NCBI GenBank assembly: GCA_000934665.2
Contig: JYFJ02001507.1
Span: 1-64,000 of the forward strand
DNA: 64,000 nucleotides
Reading direction: 5' to 3'
Source: Catajapyx aquilonaris
Lineage: Eukaryota
Shown here: one piece after another, positions 12,301-23,135 of the stretch
Numbering within the stretch: the first letter of the stretch is position 1
How the letters are laid out: each line of letters opens with the position of its first letter
Made by a program: the position numbers and the translations under genes
The notes under the pieces: model-generated
Databases searched by the model: none
What the model saw: only the letters and a program-made list of their open reading frames with translations
What the model was told of the DNA's origin: nothing

Positions 12301-13660
12301 TTGTTGTCAGTAATCTTTTACGACTAGTAATTGAACCTGGTACACAAACACTGCCGGTTTATAGCAGGGTGCAATAAACCAATTTTTCATCCTTGAATAA
12401 CTCTATTTTTATCGGCAGGTCAACCAGGCAATTGCATGGTTAACCGTCACAAAAATATTAATCGCTTTTCTCTATTCGCAAGGCCTTCCACCTTCCGAAG
12501 CAGGATCCAACCCATCGCTACCTCAACACTGCCGCGTTCACATGGCTCAGTTGCTGGCTCGTCTTCTTTCTCGAGTGTGCGATGAAGATCACAGTCCGAA
12601 GCAACAGACAAGTGAGACGATACAGAGCATAATAATAAATCATGAATATATCATAATTGGTCCAACAGGTGGTCGTACGAAAGAGGGAATCGGATGAATC
12701 ACTGCCAGTCAAGAACGGAAATGTGTCTGCCAACAATGAATCCTGCTACGAATCACAGCTAATGCTCGCTGCCTTCGACTCAAAGGTATGGGCTACATAC
12801 AAGTGCTGGCGAACCCAATAACGTTGCCTTATATTTCACAGGAAACTACAAAAGCAAACGGCATTGCAGGTGTTCATCACAATCATCACGGACATCTCGG
12901 TGCGGACAATCCAGAGGAACATGGCATCCGAGCCGTGGCCTGGATGGTCATCTTCGGTGACGGCCTGCATAATTTCGTGGACGGGATGTCCATTGGAGCC
13001 GCATTCGGAGAGAGTATATCCACAGGAGTCGGGATGAGTTTGGCCATCATGTGTGAAGAATTTCCGCATGAGCTAGGTACATTTGGGTCTTGTATTTATC
13101 CTGACTTGTATTCATCCATGTTCTCATTGCAGGCGATTTTGCGATCCTGATCAAATCGGGAATGAGCGTACGTCAAGCCTTGTTCTTCAACTTCCTCTCC
13201 GCATGTTCATGCTATGCAGGACTGGTCGTGGGCGTACTCCTCGGAGAGCTTGAAGGCAGCGTGTACATATTCGCATTTGCTGCCGGACTTTTCCTGTACA
13301 TCAGCCTCGCAGATATGGTGAGTATACACTGGAAAAGTTCAAGCGATATACGACGATAGCACTATTACAATATGGTAATCAATCGATAATCTGCCTAATC
13401 AACTCCAAGGTTCAGGTGCACATGCAATAGCTCACTTGACAATGACCTTGGAAATTCATGCACCATTGACATAATATTCATGAGTCGCTTTTGTGTTTTG
13501 TCTCCAGGTTCCAGAACTCTTGTCGGATGTCCAGGAATCTTCTGCTCGTGGAGGTGCGGCTGGATTCCGTGTGTTTGCACTTCAAAATGCGGGAATACTC
13601 ACGGGAGTTCTCATCCTCTACGTCCTGGCACGTTTCCAGGACCGAATACGCTTCGATTGA
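9358..13660 (+). CDS. LIV-1 family ZIP metal transporter, SLC39A8/SLC39A14-like (paralog B)
   Basis: Exons 9358-9579, 11704-11866, 11928-12097, 12483-12611, 12669-12785, 12842-13076, 13133-13317, 13508-13660. Shows a signal peptide, CPQLV, VWGFG, His-rich loop [31 protein letters not shown] and FLYISLADM. The exon 1-2 link is the least certain. Confidence 0.9.
11005..11596. repeat. 32-bp minisatellite in intron 1 of ZIP paralog B
   Basis: Unit gagttagactacttttgtatggaacattctgc, homogeneous in the centre and diverged at the edges. Related units at about 9900-9955. Confidence 0.95.
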
Positions 13661-14258
13661 CCTCTCCCCACGTCGAGAGAGAAGTTACAAATCGATTTTT
13701 ATTAAGATGGTCATATCCATCAATCTCCTCCTGTCATATTCCGTCCATGGGGACGAGAAGACAAATTGCTCAGTCGCGTTGTGGACTCATACTAGAAAAA
13801 GCAAAGAGACGATTTTTTTTTTTTTTTTGGTCTAAGTTATTGCAAGAAAAGAGACAAAACAAAACCACTTTTTACCTTTCATGTATTTAAAAAAAAAACT
13901 CTGCAAACTTCCTGTAACTATTCTACATAAAATAACTACTTCTAAGTTGTTGTATGTATTATTTTGAGATCGAGGCACAATATCACTAGTGTGGACGGAT
14001 TCGTTTACAGCAAATCACTCTGAGACGACGAAGTGCATGGAACAACGTACAAAGTGACTAGTACTTTTAACACAATGTAAATAGAACAGGTACACACCGC
14101 ATTTCTAATAAGGAAACAAAGGCACAAAGTATGACTAGAAAGTGACGATATGTGTTAAAACGTTACAAGCTCCAAGTTTCTTCTGGTTCATTCGCATCAG
14201 CTGGAATATACTTCAACAAAATAATGCGTCAAAGTGTTAATGATGTCAGGGTCGTGAC

Positions 14259-17200
14259 CTAAGCCTCGCCTGTTTTGATGATCTTGATGAGAGAAGACAC
14301 GTTTTGGTTCTTGATCGCTACCCTGCATGCGTTTATGACGTTGGTCTTGTGCTTTCCAACTGCGGGTGAGAGAAATGAGTGACAGATTCTCACGGTAATT
14401 AGCAAATGGGGAAATGAACACGCTCATTGTGTTACTGTACACATGACATGCAACACCACTTCCATTATAAAATTAGGAAAAATAATTACGGTGCATATCG
14501 GCTCGAGGTGGTAATGCTTTTTATCTGTTTAGATAATACGAAGTACATGACTCACCCCTAAGTCTCCCCGCCTTCTGTACAATCTGATTAATCTGCTTCA
14601 GACATCCAATCAAGTCTTGCTGATTGTTGCTGCTGATCTTGTAGCCGCTGATTAAGTCCTTGTTGATCTCGAACAGTTGGGTGTACCATTTACGCATGCT
14701 CTTCCTTTATTGAAACGTTAGAAGCGTAAACATTGAATAGTTCAACCGCAGACGAAACCTTATCTTACATGTCATCCAGCAAACGCGAATCTTCCGCTCG
14801 GACCACCAGGCTCCGGATAAGTCCGGAATTATCCGCCATCTCAGCAGTAAGTTTCTGCCGAACGCTCTGAAGGTCCCGCATCCTCTCCAGCAGCTCTTCT
14901 ATCTTCTGAGTCTCCTTGGGAAAACTAGCTTCCACCTGCAGCTCATCAATGTTGAGAAAAAGGGACAACGACTGGATGAGATCTCCTACGAGGTCCATGT
15001 CGTTACTGCCGATGGTCATTTGGCCACCGGTGTCCATGTTGAGACTCAGCTCTTCGTTTGTACGAAGGGAGAGGAAGGTCACGCTGAACCCGCCCTTCAC
15101 CTCCAAGTCGGACATCAGAAGGAAGTTTTGGTTGATCCACATCGATATCTGAAATAAGAGAATGCAATCATATAGTGGCAAATGTGCTCACAGAAGCGTA
15201 CTAACCCGTTGAACTCGCTCGTGAATTTGAAACTTGACGTATCCCTCCGTTTCCTGCGCTGGAGCCATGCATACTGCATACATGGAGAATCTCGGGAGCT
15301 GTCTTGTGAGCTCGAAGACATGAAAGTGCTGGCTCCCCTTATACCCGACTAATGCCTTAACGTGAAGGTCAACAGGGACGTCCTTGGGCGGAAAAATGGG
15401 GACGTTGAGGCTGCTGGACAACTGGGTCTCCTTCGGATGGACAACGTGACACTCCCCTTCAAATATGCCTTCAGCAAAAATCAGAATTGCTTTCAGCGCC
15501 GTGTCGTTTGTGGTCGACAGAGCAATTTCGACATGTGGCTGCAAATAAAGTCATTTAGTACGTGTAAACAGAAAGCTTACATACAACCAGATCTTACCCG
15601 CAAGTCCTCGCTACCCATGTTGATTGCCAGGCCAGTCTGCAATTGCGTCTGAGCCTGAAACAATCATTTCGCATGTGAAAATCATCGTCGTACTTTACAA
15701 TTTTCAGAAAGGTGAAGCGGTACTGACTGGAATTACTCCAACTCCTTGGTAATCAGCATCGTTGCCCTGTGACCTCAACTTGGCATTCTCCTCGTAGTTC
15801 TTAAGCTCCAAGAGTAGGTTCTGCTTCTTGTGGCTCAGGTCACGGATGGCCTCTTGCTCCAGACTGGACTCCATCATCCCTCGCCTCATTTCCTGCGAGC
15901 CCGGTTGGTATCCGCGAACTGACAAAAAATAAATCAGAACCTTTAGTCTAACTGTACGTCTTTAAAAAAAACAAAACAATGGGCTAACCTTCTCCTTCAA
16001 TGGAGCAGCAGATAAGCTCCATCTTCCCATTCAGCCTGTAGTCCGCTTCGGTGATTCCTGCTATTGCGTGAGGAAAGTTGTCCTTGAACACCACCTCTCC
16101 TGTCCGATCATTCCTGGCGTCCACCTTCCCGTTGCTCCAGCCTGTTATTAGCTCTTTCACACCATCACCGTCCAGGTCGAAACTGTGTATCGTCATAGCC
16201 TGGTTCTTTGACTGAAATTAATCCAAAAGCGACATGTTGCGATACAACTAACGAAGACTGCATAGCATTCAGCACGCACCTCCATAAAATATCTTGAAAT
16301 AAAAACCTTCATTTTCCGACCATTAGATGTATTTCAGTTTGCATTACAACTTATTCAAAATATTACCATTTACTTGCCAATCATCGGGTCTGTACCAAAT
16401 ATACATCAAGTGTAGGCACTTAATTCCTTTCATTACACAACGGCAGAGGGAAATATAATGGCTCACACCTTTACCTCGAATTACCCAAGAAGAGATTAAT
16501 GTGACGAAAATTAACGGATCAGAAACTGTTACGCAACAAAAGGTTGCAAAAATACTGCTTTCAATTGTCCACAGTAATACAAAAAGGTTCAGAAAAACAC
16601 TTAATGACACTGTTACATTTCTCATCATCACAAATTTCCGGAATAAACTGATTGCATGTTTTAAATTTACACCAGCATTACCATGATTAACATGCATTAG
16701 TGAAGCTCTCGCAATCAGCCGTGAAAGAAACAAATCCTGAGTAATAATCAAAACGTAGTTATTAATCCAATTACAGCTCTGACAAATTTTTTAAACTTCT
16801 TTGCATTGATCATTGCTTAATAGCCGAGGCCTGGCAATCAGACCTTCCCCTCGGGATGCCTCTCAACCAACATGGCTATAGCTTGACCTCCAGCAGCACA
16901 TGCGGTGATGAGAGCCAACTGCCCGTCCTCCCTGATGAGCCGGTTTGAAGCATGGCAAGTCAGCCTCACACCTGTCGCGGCGAAGGGATGCCCGATGCTC
17001 AGGGAGCCGCCCCAGAGGTTGAATTTGTCAAGCGGTGGTCTTCCAACCTTGGCCGGACGCTTCATGTACTCCTTACCAAACCAATCGGAATCCATTGCCT
17101 TCAAGTTAGCCAGGATCTGGCCTGCAAATGCCTCGTGGACTTCCCACACATCGATGTCGTTGACGGTGAGGCCGAGGCGATCCAGCAGTTTTCCTGTGGC

Positions 17201-20200
17201 ATATGCGGGTCCCAGCAGCAACTGATCCTTGGGATCTTGCGATACATACACAAAGTCTCGCAAGTATGACTTTGGACGCAATCCTAGCTCCTTTGCCCTC
17301 TCTTCTGTGGTGACGATGCAGGCGGAGGCACCATCAGTTAAGAACGATGCGTTGGCAGCCGTGATGGTGCCGTATGGCTTCACAAACGCAGGCCGCAGCT
17401 TCCCAAGCTGATCCATCGTTGAAACACGGATTCCGTTATCCTTTGTAACAGGCTGGTCTACTCCGGGTACTTTAAACGGCATGACATCAGACAGCCATCC
17501 CTTGTCTTGTGCCTGCTGGGCCAGCGTGTGTGACCGCAGGGCATATTCATCCTGCTCCTTGCGTGTCAGCTCAAACGCTGCGGCCAACCGATCTGCCGAG
17601 TGCCCCATGGTCTCTCCGGTGCTGAACTCCGCCACTGCTGGCAACTCTGGCATAAACGTCTTGGGCCGCAGTTGCGATATCAGCTGGAGCCGCTGCACCA
17701 TGCTCTTGGCTCTGTTAGCCCGCAACATCAGCGACCGCATCTGACGCGAGAAGCGAATGGGCACGTCCGACATGAACTCCACCCCGCCTGCAACACACAG
17801 GTCGTACGTCCCAGTAGCCAGCAGCCCCATCGAAGTGGTGATCGCCTGATTGGAACTAATGCAAGCCTGGGTCACCGTATGGGCTGGAGTGTGCTCGGAA
17901 AAACCAGCTCCAAGAGCAGCCTCACGACCTGCAACATAAGCCAACAGTCAGAATGCTTAAGATCTGTTTATCTCGCTTGTCATTTGCCCTGCATTACCCA
18001 CCGATATTGCTTGTCTTGACCTCCTGGATGACCGTCCCATACACGATGTAGTCCACCGACTCTTTGGGCAGGCCAGTCTTCTTGAGGAGGGCGATGAGCG
18101 ACTCCCTGGCCAGGTCGTGGGGCATGAGCCTGTTGTAGTCAGTCCCCGACTGCAGGAAGGGGGTTCGAACCCCATCGATGAACACCAGGTTCTTCGGCCC
18201 CTTCAACTTCGGGGCCTGTCTTGGGGGAGCTGCCAATCCAGGGGTGGTGGACAGGGACCTCACCCACACCCCGGTCGCCAAGGCGGGGAAGGAAAAGGAC
18301 TTGGACAGGCAGACGGAAGCCATCTTCGGATTGATTTTGATGATGTTTGATGACGATGGCTGCCCTTTTGGAATATTCGGTCGGAACAGGGAGGGCCGAA
18401 TCGCGCGTAGCAGTTCTGAACCGGAAACCTTACCGGAAATGTAGCTGTTGCACGACCGATTTATTTCGAACGAGAATTCGCTTTTTAAAAGGCAGGGTTG
18501 GGTATAATAAGGGTGCAGAATTTTTCGTAGCATGTACAATTGTCGGAACTGGTCGGTACACACCCCCCTGTACACTCGCACGGTCATTCATAGCACATTA
18601 CGCACGCAACTAATATAAATAGCGGCTACTTCATAATAGCGGCTACTCACAAGGGGGGTCACAGGGTACAGTACTTTTCAAATGTACAGTACACTGCAAA
18701 TAGTATGTACGGAATTTATAAAATAATGGCCACATTGTGTGCACAAATAATATTAATTGTACGGTTAATTTAAATTTGCACGTAACCAATAATTGCAATT
18801 ACAGTTTATTTAATTTTGGATTAATTGCGTTTAAATTAATTTTAATTATTTTAACATGCTAATTTATTTTCATTAATTATAGCATTATATTTTAATGCTA
18901 ATTAAGTTGAACTGGTTTACTTTAATTTGGATTAGTTGTGTTTAAATTCATTTAAATTATTTTAACGCAATCATTTATTTACATTAATTACAACATTTTG
19001 AATTATATTAATTGATTTAAGCTATTTTACTGTAATTTTTAATCATTTAGTTTAAATTTATTTTAATTATTTTAACATGCTAATTTATTCTCATTCATTA
19101 TATCACATTAATGCTAATTAATTTCAGCTTTTTTACTTTAATTTTTATGAAATGAATTGCATTTACTTTATTTTTAACTGATTATAGCACATTAATTTAA
19201 ATACACCTAATTACACCATTTGTGATTTTCATTATTTATAACATGTCATGAAGTTGATGATTATTATTATTGATAATGATAACATTTGAATTTCAATTAA
19301 TGATAGCATATTAATTTCAATTAATGATAGCATATTAATTTCAATTAATGATAGCATATTAATTTCAATCAAATAAAAACAACACGTGCACAAGTAATTC
19401 TAATCCAGTTATTATAGTATTTGATTAATCATTTAAATTATTTATAACAATTACTAATTACAGCATTTGTGATTTTTATTTTATTTGTAACATGTCATGA
19501 AGTTGATGATTATATTTATAGCATATTAATTTAAATTAATTGCAGCATATTAATTTAAATTAATTGTAGCATATTAATTTAAATTAATTATAGCATATTA
19601 ATTTAAATAAAATCAATGTAACAATTGTACAAGTAATTCTAATCAATTAGAGAATGTGATTTGTCATTTAAATTATTTATAACAATGTAAATTTGATTAA
19701 TTGCAGCTATTTTAACTAATTATTTATAATAATTTTAATGTGATTTTAATGACATGGCCATAGAGTAGGCCTAAAGCAAAAATCATGCATCACTTACAGT
19801 TAGAAGAGCAATAATTATTGATTGTGTCAATTAATGTAACTGCCTCAAATAAATAATGCACAAAATTCCCCTGATATAAATGCCTGATGGTGTCGAAGCA
19901 ATATTTTTACATGACCGTGTGCAATTGTTGCAGGCTTACCTTGATCCGCCACCACCTGGAAATCTTCTCGTAGACGCCCACAGTCCCGTTTGCCAGGGCG
20001 TAACCAAACCGTCCGCCTTCCATCGGGGTAAGGCCTGTCACAGCCTCGGTTTCAGTCAATTCGTTGACAATGTTGTCCTCCTTGAACACTCGTATGTTGA
20101 AATCCTCTGAGCCAACCACCAACTGCAAGGTTTTCGAATTAGTCTGGCGCCTTGTACGTCCAGGGCGACATATTACCTCGTTCTCTCCATCTCCATCAAA

Positions 20201-20890
20201 GTCAGTGAGAGTGAGCGACCTCACATTGTCCCCACCGACACTCCAGAAGGGGTCGTTTCCAGACATATCGAAGCCATGAATTGCACAGTTGCCTCCGACA
20301 ATGGCTAAGGGCTTCGGAAAACTTCCCAAGCTTCCCACCGTCACCACGTTAACACCAGCCGCAACCTTTCAAATAATATTGCATATTTATAAAGGGTAAA
20401 GCTGTATGTTGAAGGCTTGTTACCTCCTTATAGAACAAATCGCTGTTGTTTTCCACATCAAATGCGAGGAGATTTGTGTGCGTTCCGACTACGAGCGTGT
20501 CCCTGTCCACTGAGGGATCAAGCTGTCCAGCAGCCAATGCGCTAATGGAATGGTTGATGTTGAGAAAGAAGAGATCCTGCGAGATGCTGCTGGTCACCAA
20601 CATTCCTCCCATGCTACCCATGCGACGGTGCGGATTGTGAACAAACACCTGCGGATCAAAGTCAAATTATTTGTCCATATTTACAGGGCTTGTAATGTTT
20701 GGTTAGTAGGACATGTTAGGCTAGATAAGGTTAGGTTAGGTAGCGTTGTAAGTAACAAAATGCAATAAATTTCAACCTTGTCACCAGTCGTGGCTGCTGT
20801 GATACACGGGTGATACCCATCGTACTTGGCGACCGTCACCCTTCCAGGAAGAATCTTTTGCTGGAAATTCAGCGTGAAAATCGGCAGCAT
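14259..20890 (-). CDS. BBS2: Bardet-Biedl syndrome 2 protein (BBSome subunit)
   Basis: Exons 20777-20890, 20424-20648, 20177-20365, 19940-20122, 15989-16211, 15728-15918, 15598-15654, 15206-15538, 14769-15148, 14556-14704, 14259-14359. Recognised by [71 protein letters not shown] and [10 protein letters not shown]. Confidence 0.95.
16838..18323 (-). CDS. HADHB: Mitochondrial trifunctional enzyme subunit beta (3-ketoacyl-CoA thiolase)
   Basis: Exons 18002-18323 and 16838-17928. Shows a mitochondrial presequence, [41 protein letters not shown] (catalytic Cys), [16 protein letters not shown] and CAAGG. Confidence 0.96.
18750..19750. repeat. AT-rich low-complexity block with approximately 24-bp tandem units
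   Basis: atttcaattaatgatagcatatta x3 at about 19290-19370 and similar units at about 19520-19610. Confidence 0.75.
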
Positions 20891-21335
20891 TTTCCAGCAA
20901 ATTGTCCAGAAAATTAATAATTCGAACACTTCGCACGAAAGTGGTTTCTCTCCTGTTTTGTTTACACGCTCCAGCTTCCAGGCTGCCTTACACCTATATG
21001 GTTTCTCTCCTATTTATACGTTCCAGCATGCATATAATCCACCCAATCATGATTCAGTATCCAGCAGTTTAAGCCAATCAGCGGTGTAATGAGGTACTAA
21101 AATGTAAATGGTTTCTCTCCAATATGCGTTTACACGTTCCAGTCTGCCCGAAAACTCAAATGGTTTCTCCCCTGTATGTTTACACGTTCCATAACGCGAG
21201 GAGTCAAACCAATCAGCATTCATTATCCAAGCGTTTAAGCCAATCAGTGCTTGGCATGTCCTACATGTTGGACAACATTTGGCAACGTTGCCAATTAATT
21301 CATTACAAAGTACTTGCGGTGTGTACGTGCCTGCC
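20891..21335. promoter_or_regulatory. Putative bidirectional promoter of BBS2 and MTG1 with duplicated CCAAT modules
   Basis: 445 bp between divergent ATGs. CCAAT at 21043, 21074, 21119, 21209, 21240. TGGTTTCTC motif at 20942, 20999, 21109, 21161. Confidence 0.6.
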
Positions 21336-23091
21336 ATGTGCTCAGCATGGAAAAATTTGGTCCAAATACCGAATAAGTTCACCCCAAAATTCACTGCCAA
21401 AATTCAGTGGTATCCAGGACACATGGACACAGGTATGTATGCAGTGTAATAAGCAAGTGTATGAAAGCAAAGTGTATGAAACATGGGCACATGCGTATGA
21501 AATGTATGAAATGTGTATGAAAGCAAGTGAAAACATGCGCATGAAATATATGAAAACACGTTATGAAACATATGGAAGGTATATGAACTGTATGAAAAGT
21601 GTGTATGTAACATGTATGAAGCAAGTGTATGAAAAGTATGAAACAAGTGTAAGAAGCATGTGTGAAGAGTATGCAACAAGTGTATTAATCATATTAACCA
21701 AAAGTACTAATCCCAATTATCCTGCAGGTATAAAGAAGATGCAGGCAAAGCTCAAGAGTGTGGACTGCATAGTTGAAGTGCATGATGCTCGAATATCCTT
21801 TTAAATATTCAATCATTATTTTTGGCTAAACAATCAGCAAGTACATGCGATTAGTCCTTAGCGATACGCACATACCATTCTCAGGCAGAAACAGGCGGTT
21901 CAAGCACCTTTTGACTGCTGCAAAGCCGCACGTCCTGCTGTTGAACAAGATGGATTTGACGGACCGCCGGATGATGGAGGATGTTAAGCAGACTATAATG
22001 AGCGAAGAAAGTGTGTCCGAAGTGATTTACACTAATTGTAAGAACCAGAAGTGCATAGGGCTCAAAAAGGTAATGTGCTGCACACACCGTGTGGTTGTAA
22101 TTGCAACGGTTCAATTTTACAGGTCGTGCCAACTGTAATAGATATGATACAAGCATCGGACAGGTACCACCGCAATGAGGTGAAGGAATACTGCCTGATG
22201 GTCATAGGAGTACCGAATGTCGGCAAGTCATCCTTCATTAACATCCTGCGGAGTACGCATCTTCGTAGAGGTTTGTTTCACTTTCATTGGAACCTGAGCA
22301 ATTTGTAAATTTTAAATACATTGCGATGAAAATTGAATGTGTTGTTTCCAGGAAAAGCGGCGCATGTCGGTGCAATCGCAGGGATTACCAGGAGCGTCCA
22401 GGAGAAGATCAAGATCAGCGAGGATCCTCCTATTTATCTGCTGGACACACCGGGAATATTGGATCCCTCGATTAAGAATTACGAAGCGGGCATGAAGCTG
22501 GCGCTGTGTGGTACGCATTAATTTCAATTGCTAGTAACTCACACGTCCATGTAAAGTACAGCAACCTCGCAGCTTATGCTAAGTACCGGTACCATAAACT
22601 GCAAACAAAACTCAGGGTATTACGATGTATTTTTATTTTGTTTCCACTAATTGTGGTTTTTATGCAAATCATATGTAATTTACCTTCAGCGAGTTTCCCA
22701 GACCATTTAATTGGAGAGGAGGCAATGAGCGATTACCTTCTGTACTACCTCAACAAGCATGAGAATTACAGGTAATTAATTGTGTCCATTACAGATGAAA
22801 CATGTCATTTATTTTTAGATAGTAACGAAGTGAATGTTTGGACCATTCGCTCTATTATTTTTTTGCAGGTATGTTGAACACTTGGGTTTGGAGGAACCGT
22901 CAGTCAATATACTGGAGGTTCTTGTGAAGTGTTGCCTGAAGAATAACATGACCATCAAACGGCGTGATCCACGTGGCGAAGTTGCGAGAAGGCCCAACCT
23001 TGTAGCAGCAGCATCGCTTTTTATACGCGGCTTTCGAGAAGGCATGTATGGGCCGATGTTGCTGGACTCAGAAATCGTCCAGAAGAGTTAA
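21336..23091 (+). CDS. MTG1: Mitochondrial ribosome-associated GTPase 1 (YlqF/RbgA family)
   Basis: Exons 21336-21432, 21728-21792, 21872-22069, 22123-22270, 22352-22510, 22690-22771, 22869-23091. Shows WYPGHM, EVHDARIPFSGRN, NKMD (G4), GVPNVGKSS (G1) and LLDTPGI (G3), in the circularly permuted order. Confidence 0.93.
21433..21690. repeat. Degenerate (gtatgaa)-type simple repeat in MTG1 intron 1
   Basis: Recurrent gtatgaaa / gcaagtgtatgaa units. Confidence 0.8.
21793..21871 (+). other. U12-type (minor spliceosome) AT-AC intron
   Basis: 5' site ATATCCTTT, branch-like TCCTTAGC about 10 nt before the terminal AC. Removal joins HDAR|IPFSGRN in frame. Confidence 0.9.
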
Positions 23092-23135
23092 TAAAACATA
23101 GTTCACAAGTCCTGTTTTATGCTTCACCACACTGA

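Noticed and set aside
21124..21804. 226-aa ORF
   Set aside because: It runs through the promoter, out of frame over MTG1 exon 1 and across a simple-repeat intron. Only the last about 22 codons are real MTG1.
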